NCBI RefSeq assembly: GCF_000009045.1
Contig: NC_000964.3
Coordinates: 3,968,001 to 4,032,000, forward strand
Length of the DNA stretch: 64,000 bases
DNA from: Bacillus subtilis subsp. subtilis str. 168
Lineage (GTDB): Bacteria > Bacillota > Bacilli > Bacillales > Bacillaceae
Reading direction: 5' to 3'
The notes under the pieces are model-generated. The model did not search any database, was not told the DNA's origin, and worked only from the letters and a program-made list of their open reading frames with translations. Below are positions 49,508-58,500 of this stretch, piece after piece. The position numbers and the translations under genes were made by a program. Position 1 is the first letter of the stretch; each line of letters starts with the position of its first letter.

Positions 49508-50656
49508 TTAAAAGCCAGCGATTCCCTGGCGTTTTAGCTCCTGAACAGCCAATCGCGCCAGTGCGTCGGCCCCCGCGCGATTCGGGTGCAGCGTATCTCC
49601 ATCCATATAAAGCCCGAGTGTTCTTTCCGGACCGATCGATGTAAAGTATGCCGAGCTGAGGACATTTAAGTCAATGAGATATGTTTTTTCCTCTTCGGCC
49701 AAAGCTAAAATAGAGGCCCTGTACCATCTGTTTACAGACGAATGGATGCCTTCAGAAGTAAAATCGGTTGCCCGGCCCTGAGGCGTTGATAGGATGACGT
49801 CCGCTCCTTTCGCTTTTACCTGACGAATCATATCACGCATCACCTCTTTAAACTCCGCTTCAGATTCTTTATGCTTCGGATTTGTGTCATTAATGCCAAG
49901 CTGCAACATAAAATAATCTCCGGGTTTAATATACTTCAGAATCGCCTCAAGCTGTCCATCATTTCTGAACCCTCTCGCGATCTGCCCGCCAGACGCCATG
50001 TTTCTCACTTGAAAGGTGTGTTTATCGATATAGTGAGGCAGCATCTGCCCCCAGCCCGCCTGCTTGCTGCTGTTGAGCGGATAATAATTGCACACCGTCG
50101 AGTCGCCGCCGACATAAATGGTTCGATTCGTTACCGGCTGATCAGACAATTTCTTTATTTTCAAGGCGCTGAGCGTAAAAGCGGTGCCTGCCTTTCCCTC
50201 TGTCACCAGCAGATTCAGCTGCCCGTCGGTGACGGGAATTTGGAACGTATCCTCCGCGCCATCCCCTGTCATATTGATGACCTGAAACACGCCCTCCGCT
50301 GCCACACTGGCCCTTGCCGTATTGCCAAGCGTCACCTTCACCTCATAAAGGCCATTCGGGAGATCAACATTAAACGTGTTATTGCTTTTCGTCCCATACG
50401 CTAAAAACTGAACCGCATCACTCTTCACACCAGCCCCGGATGCCGCCACATCCCTCATATTCTCCGGTGTTTGAAAACCGTAGCCCTTTGACCGGTCATA
50501 CCGATCAGACGCCCTGACACCAATATAACCAGGCTCCATCGAACCGCTTCCAAAGTCAAACTGATACACCTTCGGCTCCGCCGCCTTCACATTCTCAATC
50601 CCGCCAAAACACAGCATCAGCATCATCACAAAAACCGCTGCCATCCATTTTTTCAT
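49508..50656 (-). CDS. yxiM: Secreted SGNH/GDSL esterase, rhamnogalacturonan acetylesterase (CE12)-like
   Basis: Signal peptide, GDSTV, GWGQ, GINDT, DTLHPN. Confidence 0.88.
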   Translation of the reverse strand: MKKWMAAVFVMMLMLCFGGIENVKAAEPKVYQFDFGSGSMEPGYIGVRASDRYDRSKGYGFQTPENMRDVAASGAGVKSDAVQFLAYGTKSNNTFNVDLPNGLYEVKVTLGNTARASVAAEGVFQVINMTGDGAEDTFQIPVTDGQLNLLVTEGKAGTAFTLSALKIKKLSDQPVTNRTIYVGGDSTVCNYYPLNSSKQAGWGQMLPHYIDKHTFQVRNMASGGQIARGFRNDGQLEAILKYIKPGDYFMLQLGINDTNPKHKESEAEFKEVMRDMIRQVKAKGADVILSTPQGRATDFTSEGIHSSVNRWYRASILALAEEEKTYLIDLNVLSSAYFTSIGPERTLGLYMDGDTLHPNRAGADALARLAVQELKRQGIAGF

Positions 50657-50785
50657 CAAGACTCCCCCTCTATGAAAACGAATACATTAATGCATACTCG
50701 GTGATTGTTTCTTTATGATGACTGAATTAAGAAAAAAATTGCGTTGAGGAATAAAAATGAGGGGAGAGTCTCAAGAAGGGGAAAA

Positions 50786-51136
50786 TCAGTGTGACTTCTT
50801 GTCACACTTGATCACATCCCAACCTCCGCAATAGAAGCTTATTTGGTTTTCTTCGTCATACACATAATAACGGAGTCTTTCCCATTGATCGTCAGTCGGT
50901 ACAATCTCCAATGCAACCGAATCGATGGATTCAAGGTCATCCAGCTTTGATGCACTAATGTTTTCAAACCGCAATTGAATGTCACAGGTTTGAGCAGATC
51001 GTTTTCATTCAAACACAGGAATATGAATATAACGATCATCTTCTTTCATATAGAAAGAAAACTCGTTTAATGTAAATGGACCTGTATCCTCATCAGAAAG
51101 ATGCTGTTTCAATTTCTCGTATTGTGTGATATTCAA
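50786..51136 (-). pseudogene. One reading frame split by in-frame TGA (yxzJ 51005-51136 + yxzI 50786-50974); immunity-like
   Basis: TTG 51136 after AGAGGGA; 43 aa, TGA 51005-51007, then KRSAQTCDIQ in frame into LRFENISASK... Confidence 0.75.
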
Positions 51137-51147
51137 ATGAATTCCCT

Positions 51148-51609
51148 CTATTTATATGATTCACCGCCAATCATATAAATGTCCACAGCATCGTATTCAA
51201 ACCATATGATCCGTTCGCCTGAGTCCGTTAGGCATTGGAGCTTCCCTTCTGAAAAATAGCTTTTATCCGGTTGAGGATCAGTGATCAGAAAAACATCATC
51301 ATTGATGGAAGCTAGCAGAAAGAGAAAATCTGCAATATCCCGGTCTGCTTCCTGTAATATGGATTGGAAATGGAATTCCCTTTTGGCCAGCTTCGTCACC
51401 TTGTAAGCATGACCTTCAAAATACTCGGACAGGTCTTCTATAAATGAACCAGTCGTTATTACCTGTATCATGATTCGATCGTAGGCAAGCCCTGCCCAAA
51501 AACGATAAAACGACTCTGCATCTTCAAGTTCGCATGCCATAACGGTTTGGTCAGGCTTAAGCTCGATCATGTCCAAATTGCCAATACTGCTTATAGAGGT
51601 TATTTCCAT
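51148..51609 (-). CDS. yxiK: Acidic hypothetical protein, wap array
   Basis: 153 aa, AAGGGG RBS, D/E-rich. Confidence 0.75.
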   Translation of the reverse strand: MEITSISSIGNLDMIELKPDQTVMACELEDAESFYRFWAGLAYDRIMIQVITTGSFIEDLSEYFEGHAYKVTKLAKREFHFQSILQEADRDIADFLFLLASINDDVFLITDPQPDKSYFSEGKLQCLTDSGERIIWFEYDAVDIYMIGGESYK

Positions 51610-51624
51610 AAAATCTTCCCCTTA

Positions 51625-51921
51625 TCAGTTGGATAGCGCAACGCAAATCTCTTGTCTGACTTGTTCATACAAGAGAATGTGATGATACAGATCCTTATCG
51701 TTTTTGATCATATCCGGAAGTATGTCAGGATACAGCTCAAAAAAGCTTTTCTCCAACGAACGCCGCTGATGCCGGGGTATCCTTTTATTCGCCAGCACAT
51801 AATCCAAACTGCCAGCAACAAGCATAAAAAACTCATAGATTTCCGCTTCAAAGCCGTACAATTCATCAGGGTACTGCTTTTCTTCAAGCTCTCGCTGTCT
51901 TTTTCTCAGTTTTTGAAGCAC
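51625..51921 (-). CDS. yxiJ: YxiJ-like helical protein, wap array
   Basis: 98 aa, GGAAGGGAG RBS, GTG start. Confidence 0.75.
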   Translation of the reverse strand: MLQKLRKRQRELEEKQYPDELYGFEAEIYEFFMLVAGSLDYVLANKRIPRHQRRSLEKSFFELYPDILPDMIKNDKDLYHHILLYEQVRQEICVALSN

Positions 51922-51948
51922 GTTGATCCTCTCCCTTCCGCAATAATC

Positions 51949-52437
51949 TCATTTATTTCGAAACAGAATAGGCGGATCATTATCTATCGCCTCCAACAGC
52001 TCTTCACCAAACACAGTGATTGCACATTTCCACGGGTCTCCCAAAAGTCCCCAGGAGAAGTCCTGATGAAAAAAGAAATAATAGTCTCCATTTGGAAATA
52101 CGGGAACAGGCCATTCGCCAAATTCATCCTTAGGCATTGCCTGATGAGGACTAAAGGTATATCCGTCATGCTGCCAATCTAGTGCGTACATTACATCGTT
52201 CTTTCCAGTACCTAATTGAAATGCTTTTAAAATAGAAGTCTCTAAATCACTTAGCACTCCGCTCACATCATTATGACCAGCTTTACTGCTCATCGCGCTT
52301 GAGATATCAAACACTCGATATGGATCAGGCGGGATGATGTGATGACATCTGCTTCCGGGCTTCCATTTTATGATCTTGTTCACTTCTGACCAGATGCGGT
52401 CTTGTTTTGTCTGACTTAAAGCGCGCCAATTCATCAT
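51949..52437 (-). CDS. yxiI: DUF2716-like putative immunity protein
   Basis: MYALDWQHDGY.F.P...P.FPNGDYYFF...GLLGDPW. Confidence 0.78.
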   Translation of the reverse strand: MMNWRALSQTKQDRIWSEVNKIIKWKPGSRCHHIIPPDPYRVFDISSAMSSKAGHNDVSGVLSDLETSILKAFQLGTGKNDVMYALDWQHDGYTFSPHQAMPKDEFGEWPVPVFPNGDYYFFFHQDFSWGLLGDPWKCAITVFGEELLEAIDNDPPILFRNK

Positions 52438-52454
52438 AATCTCATCCCTACACC

Positions 52455-53306
52455 TTATTGGATATCCTGCTTATAAACACCAGAAGAGGCCACTGCGTAA
52501 ACAGCGTAACTTGTCAGTTTCAGCTGTTGAACATCTAGGCCTTCACCGTTCGAATCACAGCATGTTATCTCTTCCATCTCTTGACTCACATCGGCAGAAA
52601 TCAAATAAAGAGACGACTTAAGGTCTGCACTGTAACAATTGAACGTCCCAACCAAAAAACCTTCTTCGGATATCGCGAGCTGATCAAATGCTTCTGAGTC
52701 CGGCTCTTTATCCGACAGAATCCACACCCGTCTCACGACCGTTTCATCAAATGCGGCAATGACTGCATCTCCGTAATACAGCATATAAATCAAGCCGTTT
52801 TTTTCTGCAAGTCCATAACAATCATCTACAGCAGGCGCATCCATTTCTTCAAGCTTTCTATCAATGTGTATTTCCTTCTGCTGACCATCTAACGTAAAAC
52901 ACCACACACTATGGCCGTTGGGATTCTCATCATGATAAATCCCTTCATCACATAAACCGACCCAAAGCTGTTGTTTCTAATCCAAAAGACAGCAGGAAAC
53001 CCCTGAAGGCAAGTGAAAAACACTTTTCACCCTTCCCTCTTCTGAAAAAACCTTTACCTTCGGCTCGTACGATTCGTAATAAACGAAGACATAGCCATCT
53101 GCACATTGTTGAAAGAGCAGAATATCACTGTATGAAATCTGCTCTTTCACTCTAAAATCCCGAACATCACCGGAAGGATCATAGATTGTAATGGTGATAC
53201 CACCTTTCAACCCTTTTCCAATGTAGACACGCCCCTGTGGATCAGCATGGAAAAAACAATCTTGGGTGTTCTCGTTGATGATTTTATTCAATTTTAATTT
53301 TTTCAT
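52455..53306 (-). pseudogene. One 283-codon frame split by in-frame TAG (yxiH 52977-53306 + yxzG 52455-52907)
   Basis: After TAG 52977-52979 the frame reads KQQLWVGLCDEGIYHDENPNGHS directly into the GTG at 52907. Confidence 0.8.
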
Positions 53307-53428
53307 TGGTTATGCTCCTAGGTTCGAAATGAAATGATAAGAATAAACCATTTATTAGCTATTAGTAACGGACAACCTAGTTTCATTAATCGTTTTGGGA
53401 TAAATCTACTTTCCAATTCAGCCTTAAA

Positions 53429-53845
53429 TCATTTAGTGTTTAATTGGTATGCATAAAACGATTGATCATCAAAGCGAACTGTTTCAGCTTCTATAGCAAT
53501 CAGCATTCTGTTCATGTCAATAAGAAAGTTAGCATTTGATTGATACTCCGGAATTATAGAATTTGATAGATTCCCGATTCCTTCTGGATGATAACTCATC
53601 TCAAATACTTGCCAATTGTATTCTTCCGGATCTATTTTTTCCAATCTCATGTCGCCAACATCTGCACTATAATAAGCGGATGCCACATTTTGAAATGAAA
53701 TTTTATGCGTATATTCACCTTCATCTTCAAAAACCTTAATATCAAGTGAGAGTTCTTTTTTAAACACATTAAAATCTAAATGAAGGACACTGCACCCCTT
53801 ATCTATATAATCAACCCATTCATTAATCGTTTGATACATTGTCAT
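53429..53845 (-). CDS. yxiG: YxiG-like acidic protein, wap array
   Basis: 138 aa from ATG 53845 (AAGAGG/CAGGGG RBS). Confidence 0.75.
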   Translation of the reverse strand: MTMYQTINEWVDYIDKGCSVLHLDFNVFKKELSLDIKVFEDEGEYTHKISFQNVASAYYSADVGDMRLEKIDPEEYNWQVFEMSYHPEGIGNLSNSIIPEYQSNANFLIDMNRMLIAIEAETVRFDDQSFYAYQLNTK

Positions 53846-53895
53846 CCCCTGCCTCTTTTTAAACAATAACGCCTTGCCACCAAGCAGAAAACAAA

Positions 53896-54141
53896 TTACT
53901 CCGTATATTGTTTGATCCAATCATTTAAATCATCTGTTGAATGCAAATAAGTTTCTGATGAATCTTTCAAATCAATCCCACTTAGAAGGATTAACATATC
54001 CCAGACTCTATCGTCTTCTACTTCGGGGTCATCCGCATAAACATAAGTTCCAGCCCAATCCGACACTTCTTCTCTTGTTGTTTGTCCATTTAAGACACTT
54101 TTGATTTTATTTATGCATTCTATTAGATTTGTCTCGCTCAA
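53896..54141 (-). CDS. yxzC: Small acidic helical protein, wap array (annotated start may be 54264)
   Basis: TTG 54141 after GTGGTGA gives 81 aa MSETNLIECINK...REEVSDWA... Confidence 0.65.
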   Translation of the reverse strand: MSETNLIECINKIKSVLNGQTTREEVSDWAGTYVYADDPEVEDDRVWDMLILLSGIDLKDSSETYLHSTDDLNDWIKQYTE

Positions 54142-54257
54142 TTTGATCACCACGTATTCAAGTACTAAATGATTTTTTATTAGTATGCAAAGCACCGTAC
54201 TGATATTTAGATATTGAAGCTTTTTCCGTAAAAGATATGTTCCAAAAGGTTTCCAAT

Positions 54258-54728
54258 CTACCAATAAACAAGCTCACATCCGTATTCCGTGTGCAATATA
54301 CATAAACCAAACTGGCACTTAGGCTCAACCAAAATAAAACTATGATTGAGAATCCCTTCATCGAACTCAATACACTCCAATAAGCAGTCAAGGTGCTCGA
54401 GACATTTTCCAAAAGAACAAACTAACGCACCAATTTCGCTGCTGTATTGATGAAACAGCAGAACGTCCCGGTCATCGTAAGCAACATATGACTGAGATAT
54501 TTTCCAGATCAGCTGTTTCGCTTCCGTTTTTTCGAGGGCATCAACCTCACGGGTGTTGGCTGGTATTGAATTTGATAAAACCAGCTCAAGCAATTGCCTG
54601 CTTTGCGCCAGATCAGCAAAACGATAAGTGAAGCCTCTTTCTGCACAAGGGACTAGTTTTTCTTTGATTTCGCTCATCAATAAACGTCTTTTATTCTCGG
54701 CGAGTTTTTCGATCAATCTTTTTTGCAT
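54258..54728 (-). CDS. yxiF: YxiF-like putative immunity protein
   Basis: 156 aa from ATG 54728, GGAGGG RBS. Confidence 0.75.
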   Translation of the reverse strand: MQKRLIEKLAENKRRLLMSEIKEKLVPCAERGFTYRFADLAQSRQLLELVLSNSIPANTREVDALEKTEAKQLIWKISQSYVAYDDRDVLLFHQYSSEIGALVCSFGKCLEHLDCLLECIEFDEGILNHSFILVEPKCQFGLCILHTEYGCELVYW

Positions 54729-54822
54729 GAGCCGCATTCCCTCCGCTGTCAATTTCTCAACTTCTTTTAAATTGATTCATCATTCTCTTGTTTTCGTTGT
54801 CGTTCATGTTTAGATTTGTTCT

Positions 54823-54856
54823 AAAAAAGCTTGTATCGCTTATCGATACAAGCTTT
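54823..54856 (-). terminator. Intrinsic terminator between wapI and yxiF
   Basis: Perfect 13-bp stem AAAGCTTGTATCG/CGATACAAGCTTT, 5-nt loop, U-tract on the minus strand. Confidence 0.8.
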
Positions 54857-55053
54857 ATCTTCAACTGCTTAAAACTCACCCAGTGGGCTTTTCACAAAAC
54901 GCTGGGAACCTTTTTGGCAAATCCTCTTCATCCCAATCAATTCTATATTTTTAGATTCTTTTGTCATACAAATAAGAGAGGATGGTAACATCTCTTATTT
55001 AATGTTCCATCAATAAATGCCCCATTTTTATCCAATGCAGAAATTATTTATAA

Positions 55054-55482
55054 TTAAGGAAGTTTAGAAGGATTTTTTGTATTTTCAAGATTTAATTTTA
55101 AAGCGGTCACAAAAGACTCTAGCTTTTCTTCATTACAATTAATTTCGAACAAGTTGGAGTTCGACTTACTTTCTTTATAATCATCAAATATAATTTTAAT
55201 CTTAATTCTGTAATTTCCGTTTTCTTGATCAATACTAAGAAATAAGAATGGTTCAATAGTCTCTAAACTGATACTGTCTTGATTTCCTTTTATCATAGTT
55301 TCGATCCCAGATATCAACACCTTATATTCACTTTCTAATAAAACAGCAGAAAAATCGCGAACGACGGCTTTCTTATTTTCCAACAATTCAAATACAGATA
55401 AAATAAATGGATCATCGTCCAACTCTTGATACCTTCTCGGTGTTAATTCAAGTTCTATACAATCATCTTTTATTTTGGCCAT
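55054..55482 (-). CDS. wapI: Cognate immunity protein of the WapA toxin (yxxG)
   Basis: Immediately after wapA, GAGGAGG RBS, acidic 142 aa, AT-rich. Confidence 0.9.
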   Translation of the reverse strand: MAKIKDDCIELELTPRRYQELDDDPFILSVFELLENKKAVVRDFSAVLLESEYKVLISGIETMIKGNQDSISLETIEPFLFLSIDQENGNYRIKIKIIFDDYKESKSNSNLFEINCNEEKLESFVTALKLNLENTKNPSKLP

Positions 55483-55543
55483 ATTTCCTCCTCATTTAAA
55501 GTTTAAGTGAGGGTAGTTGTCATCCCCCCCTCGCTTAACCTTA

Positions 55544-58500
55544 TTAACGCCTTCTCTTAGATTTATTTCCTTTTCCGTGTGTATGGAATACGTGTTTAGA
55601 ACCCTTAGCTCTTGAACTTCCATAAGCTGTGATTACTTTACCCCTTTTATTTAAAACAACTGTAGCTTTTTTTCCAACATATTTCGTTGCCCCATTAGGT
55701 TGTTTTATTACTTTTTTAGGGCTTCGCACAGCATTCAGTTTGGCCCTTAAATTGACTCCACGGCCTCCATTTCTTCCTATAGATTGATTAAGTCCATGTC
55801 TTGTATGACCTGTGATTTTAACTGCCTTCTTCGTAAACTTATAGGCGCGACTAGCACCCTTAAATATCTTCCCAGGACCAAAATTAGAAGCAGCTGCCCA
55901 AGCAGCACCTTTCCATCCTTTACCTGATTTATATGCCTTATATCCATCATAGGCTGCAAATCCGGCATTTACCACAAGCCATACCCAATGCCCGTCCGGA
56001 TCAACATTCATCACTGGGTTATTATTTCCATAAGCATACCCATTCTGATCCAATGAATCTCCGTCGCTGCCCGGGTCTGGGTCGAGCGATAGGAACACGC
56101 CGTTTCTTGGCTCGTAGTAGCGGGCCATGAGATAGTACAGGCCGGTTTCTTCGTCGTATTGGTAGCCTGCGTAGCGGTAGCGATTGTCTTTTACTTCGTC
56201 GCTTGCTTCGGTTTTTGTTGGATTTCCCCATGCGTCGTATTGATACTTGGCAACGGTTTTTCCAGTGCTGTCTGAGATCGCGATGATGTCGCCGTGAGCG
56301 TTGTAGTGATAGAAATATTTCTTACCATTTTCTGTGTAGGATAACAGCTGGCCGCTGTCTCCGTACGTGTATGATTTTGTGACGTTGTTGTCCGCGTCTG
56401 TTTCATACAAGACGTTCAAGCTGTCTCCGTCGTAGAAGTAGTTCGTGACTTTTCCGTTGACGGTTTTTTGGATTCTGTTTCCTTTTTCGTCATACTTATA
56501 TGTTGCGAATGGCTTGTCTTCGCCTTTTTTGGTAACGGCGGTCAGGTTATCTTCTGCATCCCACGTATATGTGAATTTGCCGTCGGATGTGCGGTTGCCG
56601 TTTTTATCGTAAGAGATGCTTTCATCATTGACTTTTGTCAGCTGGTTCATGATGTTGAAGGAAGCGTTCACCGTTTTGCTTGAGCCGTCTTTTATAGTTG
56701 TAACGGTTTTCCGGTTTCCGAATCCATCATATGTGTATTCAATAACAGTACCGTCTTCATGGGTTTCTTTGACAAGCTGATTCAGCTTCCCATACTCATA
56801 TTGCACCTTGCCGCTTGCTGAGCTGTTTATCGTTGTGCGGTTGCCGTTGGCATCATATTCATAGCTTTCCGTCAGAATGTCTCCGCCGTTTTTGTCACCG
56901 ATATGCAGCGAGCTTACAAGGTTTCTTTCGTCATATGAAAAACTTGTTCCGCCGCCGTTGCCCGTAATAAAGGTTTGGACGTTTCCATTTTCATCATAAT
57001 CAAATGAATATGAGGATGTACTGTCTTTCATCTCAATCATTTGATCCAGCTTGTTATACGTAAATTGATTCGTTCCTTTTTGGTCCCCATGAATCCACGA
57101 GAAGGTTTTCAGCTTATCGGAGTCACTAGGATATGTCCAAGTTTGGCTGCCGCCGCGGTCTGTCAGTTCGGTTAAACGGTTTTTGTTGTCAAATGTCCGT
57201 TTCTTTGTGGTGTTCTGCTCTTTATTGACGACCGACGTTTCATTTCCATTTTTGTCATACGTGAAAATGTACTTTTCTGTACCGTTATACGACTTTGATT
57301 TCACCCGGTCTGTTCCATCATAAGAAAGAGACACTTCGTTGCCATTTGGTGAAATGGTTTTGGTCAGGTTGCTGTTGGCATCATATTCGCTTGCTAACAC
57401 ATTGCCGAGAGGGTCAGTTGTTTTGACAAGCTTGCCCATGACATCATATTCGAATTTATAGGTTTGATCTGCTCCTGCCCGGATGGTTTTGCTTACCTCA
57501 TTGCCTTCCTTATCATAGCTGTGAAGGATAGACGTGCCGTTAGAGAGCGTCATGTTTGTCAATTGGTCTGCCTGATCATACGTATAGGTTGTTTTTTCAC
57601 CTTTTGCATCTGTTTCAGACGTTTTCTTACCAGTTTCATCGTAATCAGTTGAAGTGGCGTAACCTAGTTCGTCCTCTTCCTTGGTCACATAGTTGCCATT
57701 ACTGTCATACGTGCTTTTAGTCAGAAGGCTTCCTTCAATCAAACGGATATCATCAAACCAGACTGTGCCTGTCGCACTCTTTTGGAACAGAATACTGATA
57801 TCGACTTTATTGATCGGCTTTGTTTTAGGGATGACGACAGCTGCTCGGTTCCATTCCTGTGTTCCAGAAGGGAATTTCGCATTGTAGATGCCTGTGCTGC
57901 CGTCAGCGTAAGTGACATTCGCCTGCAGAGAATAGTCTTTTTCATCTGTAAATTTGACGCTGCTTGCTTTCGACATTCCTGTCAGTGTGAGATAAACCGG
58001 TTTGTCATTTGCGCTTTGCCCTAAGACAACGGTTTGTTTTGTTACTGATCCGGCTTGGGACGCACTGGTCCGGGCAGCTTTTAATGATACATCATCATTA
58101 AAGCCTTCTTCAGAATCAACGGATGCTCCGCTTACATTCCAGTTTTCCGTTGCTGATGTGAAGCTGCTGTTTTGAACTGGGTTATAGCTTGATGATACTT
58201 CGCCTTTTTCCAGCTGGACTTCATCAAACCATGCTTTTCCTTTGCCATCTTTATCTTTATGATCGACTTCCATATACACAACAGCTTTGCCTGCATTCGC
58301 TGGAGTCGTAAAAGTGATTTGCCGTTTTGTCCAGTCATTTTTTCCGGCTAATGCACTGTATTCATTGTGAATCCATTGAATTCGTTTTTGATCTTTGTCT
58401 CGCAAATCAATGTTAAAATAGGCTCTTGATTTCGCAAGATCTGTTTTGATTTTCCCGCTTAATGTATAGGTTGTATTCGGCTCCAGCTCAACTGTTTGTG

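Noticed and set aside
50753-50835. 25-codon plus-strand ORF and AGTGTGAC/GTCACACT inverted repeat after yxzI
   Set aside because: The hairpin is better explained as the end-of-array terminator; the ORF has a weak RBS and no features.
54788-54988. 66-aa plus-strand ORF between yxiF and wapI
   Set aside because: Opposite to the whole locus, spans the terminator hairpin, no RBS; AT-rich chance ORF.
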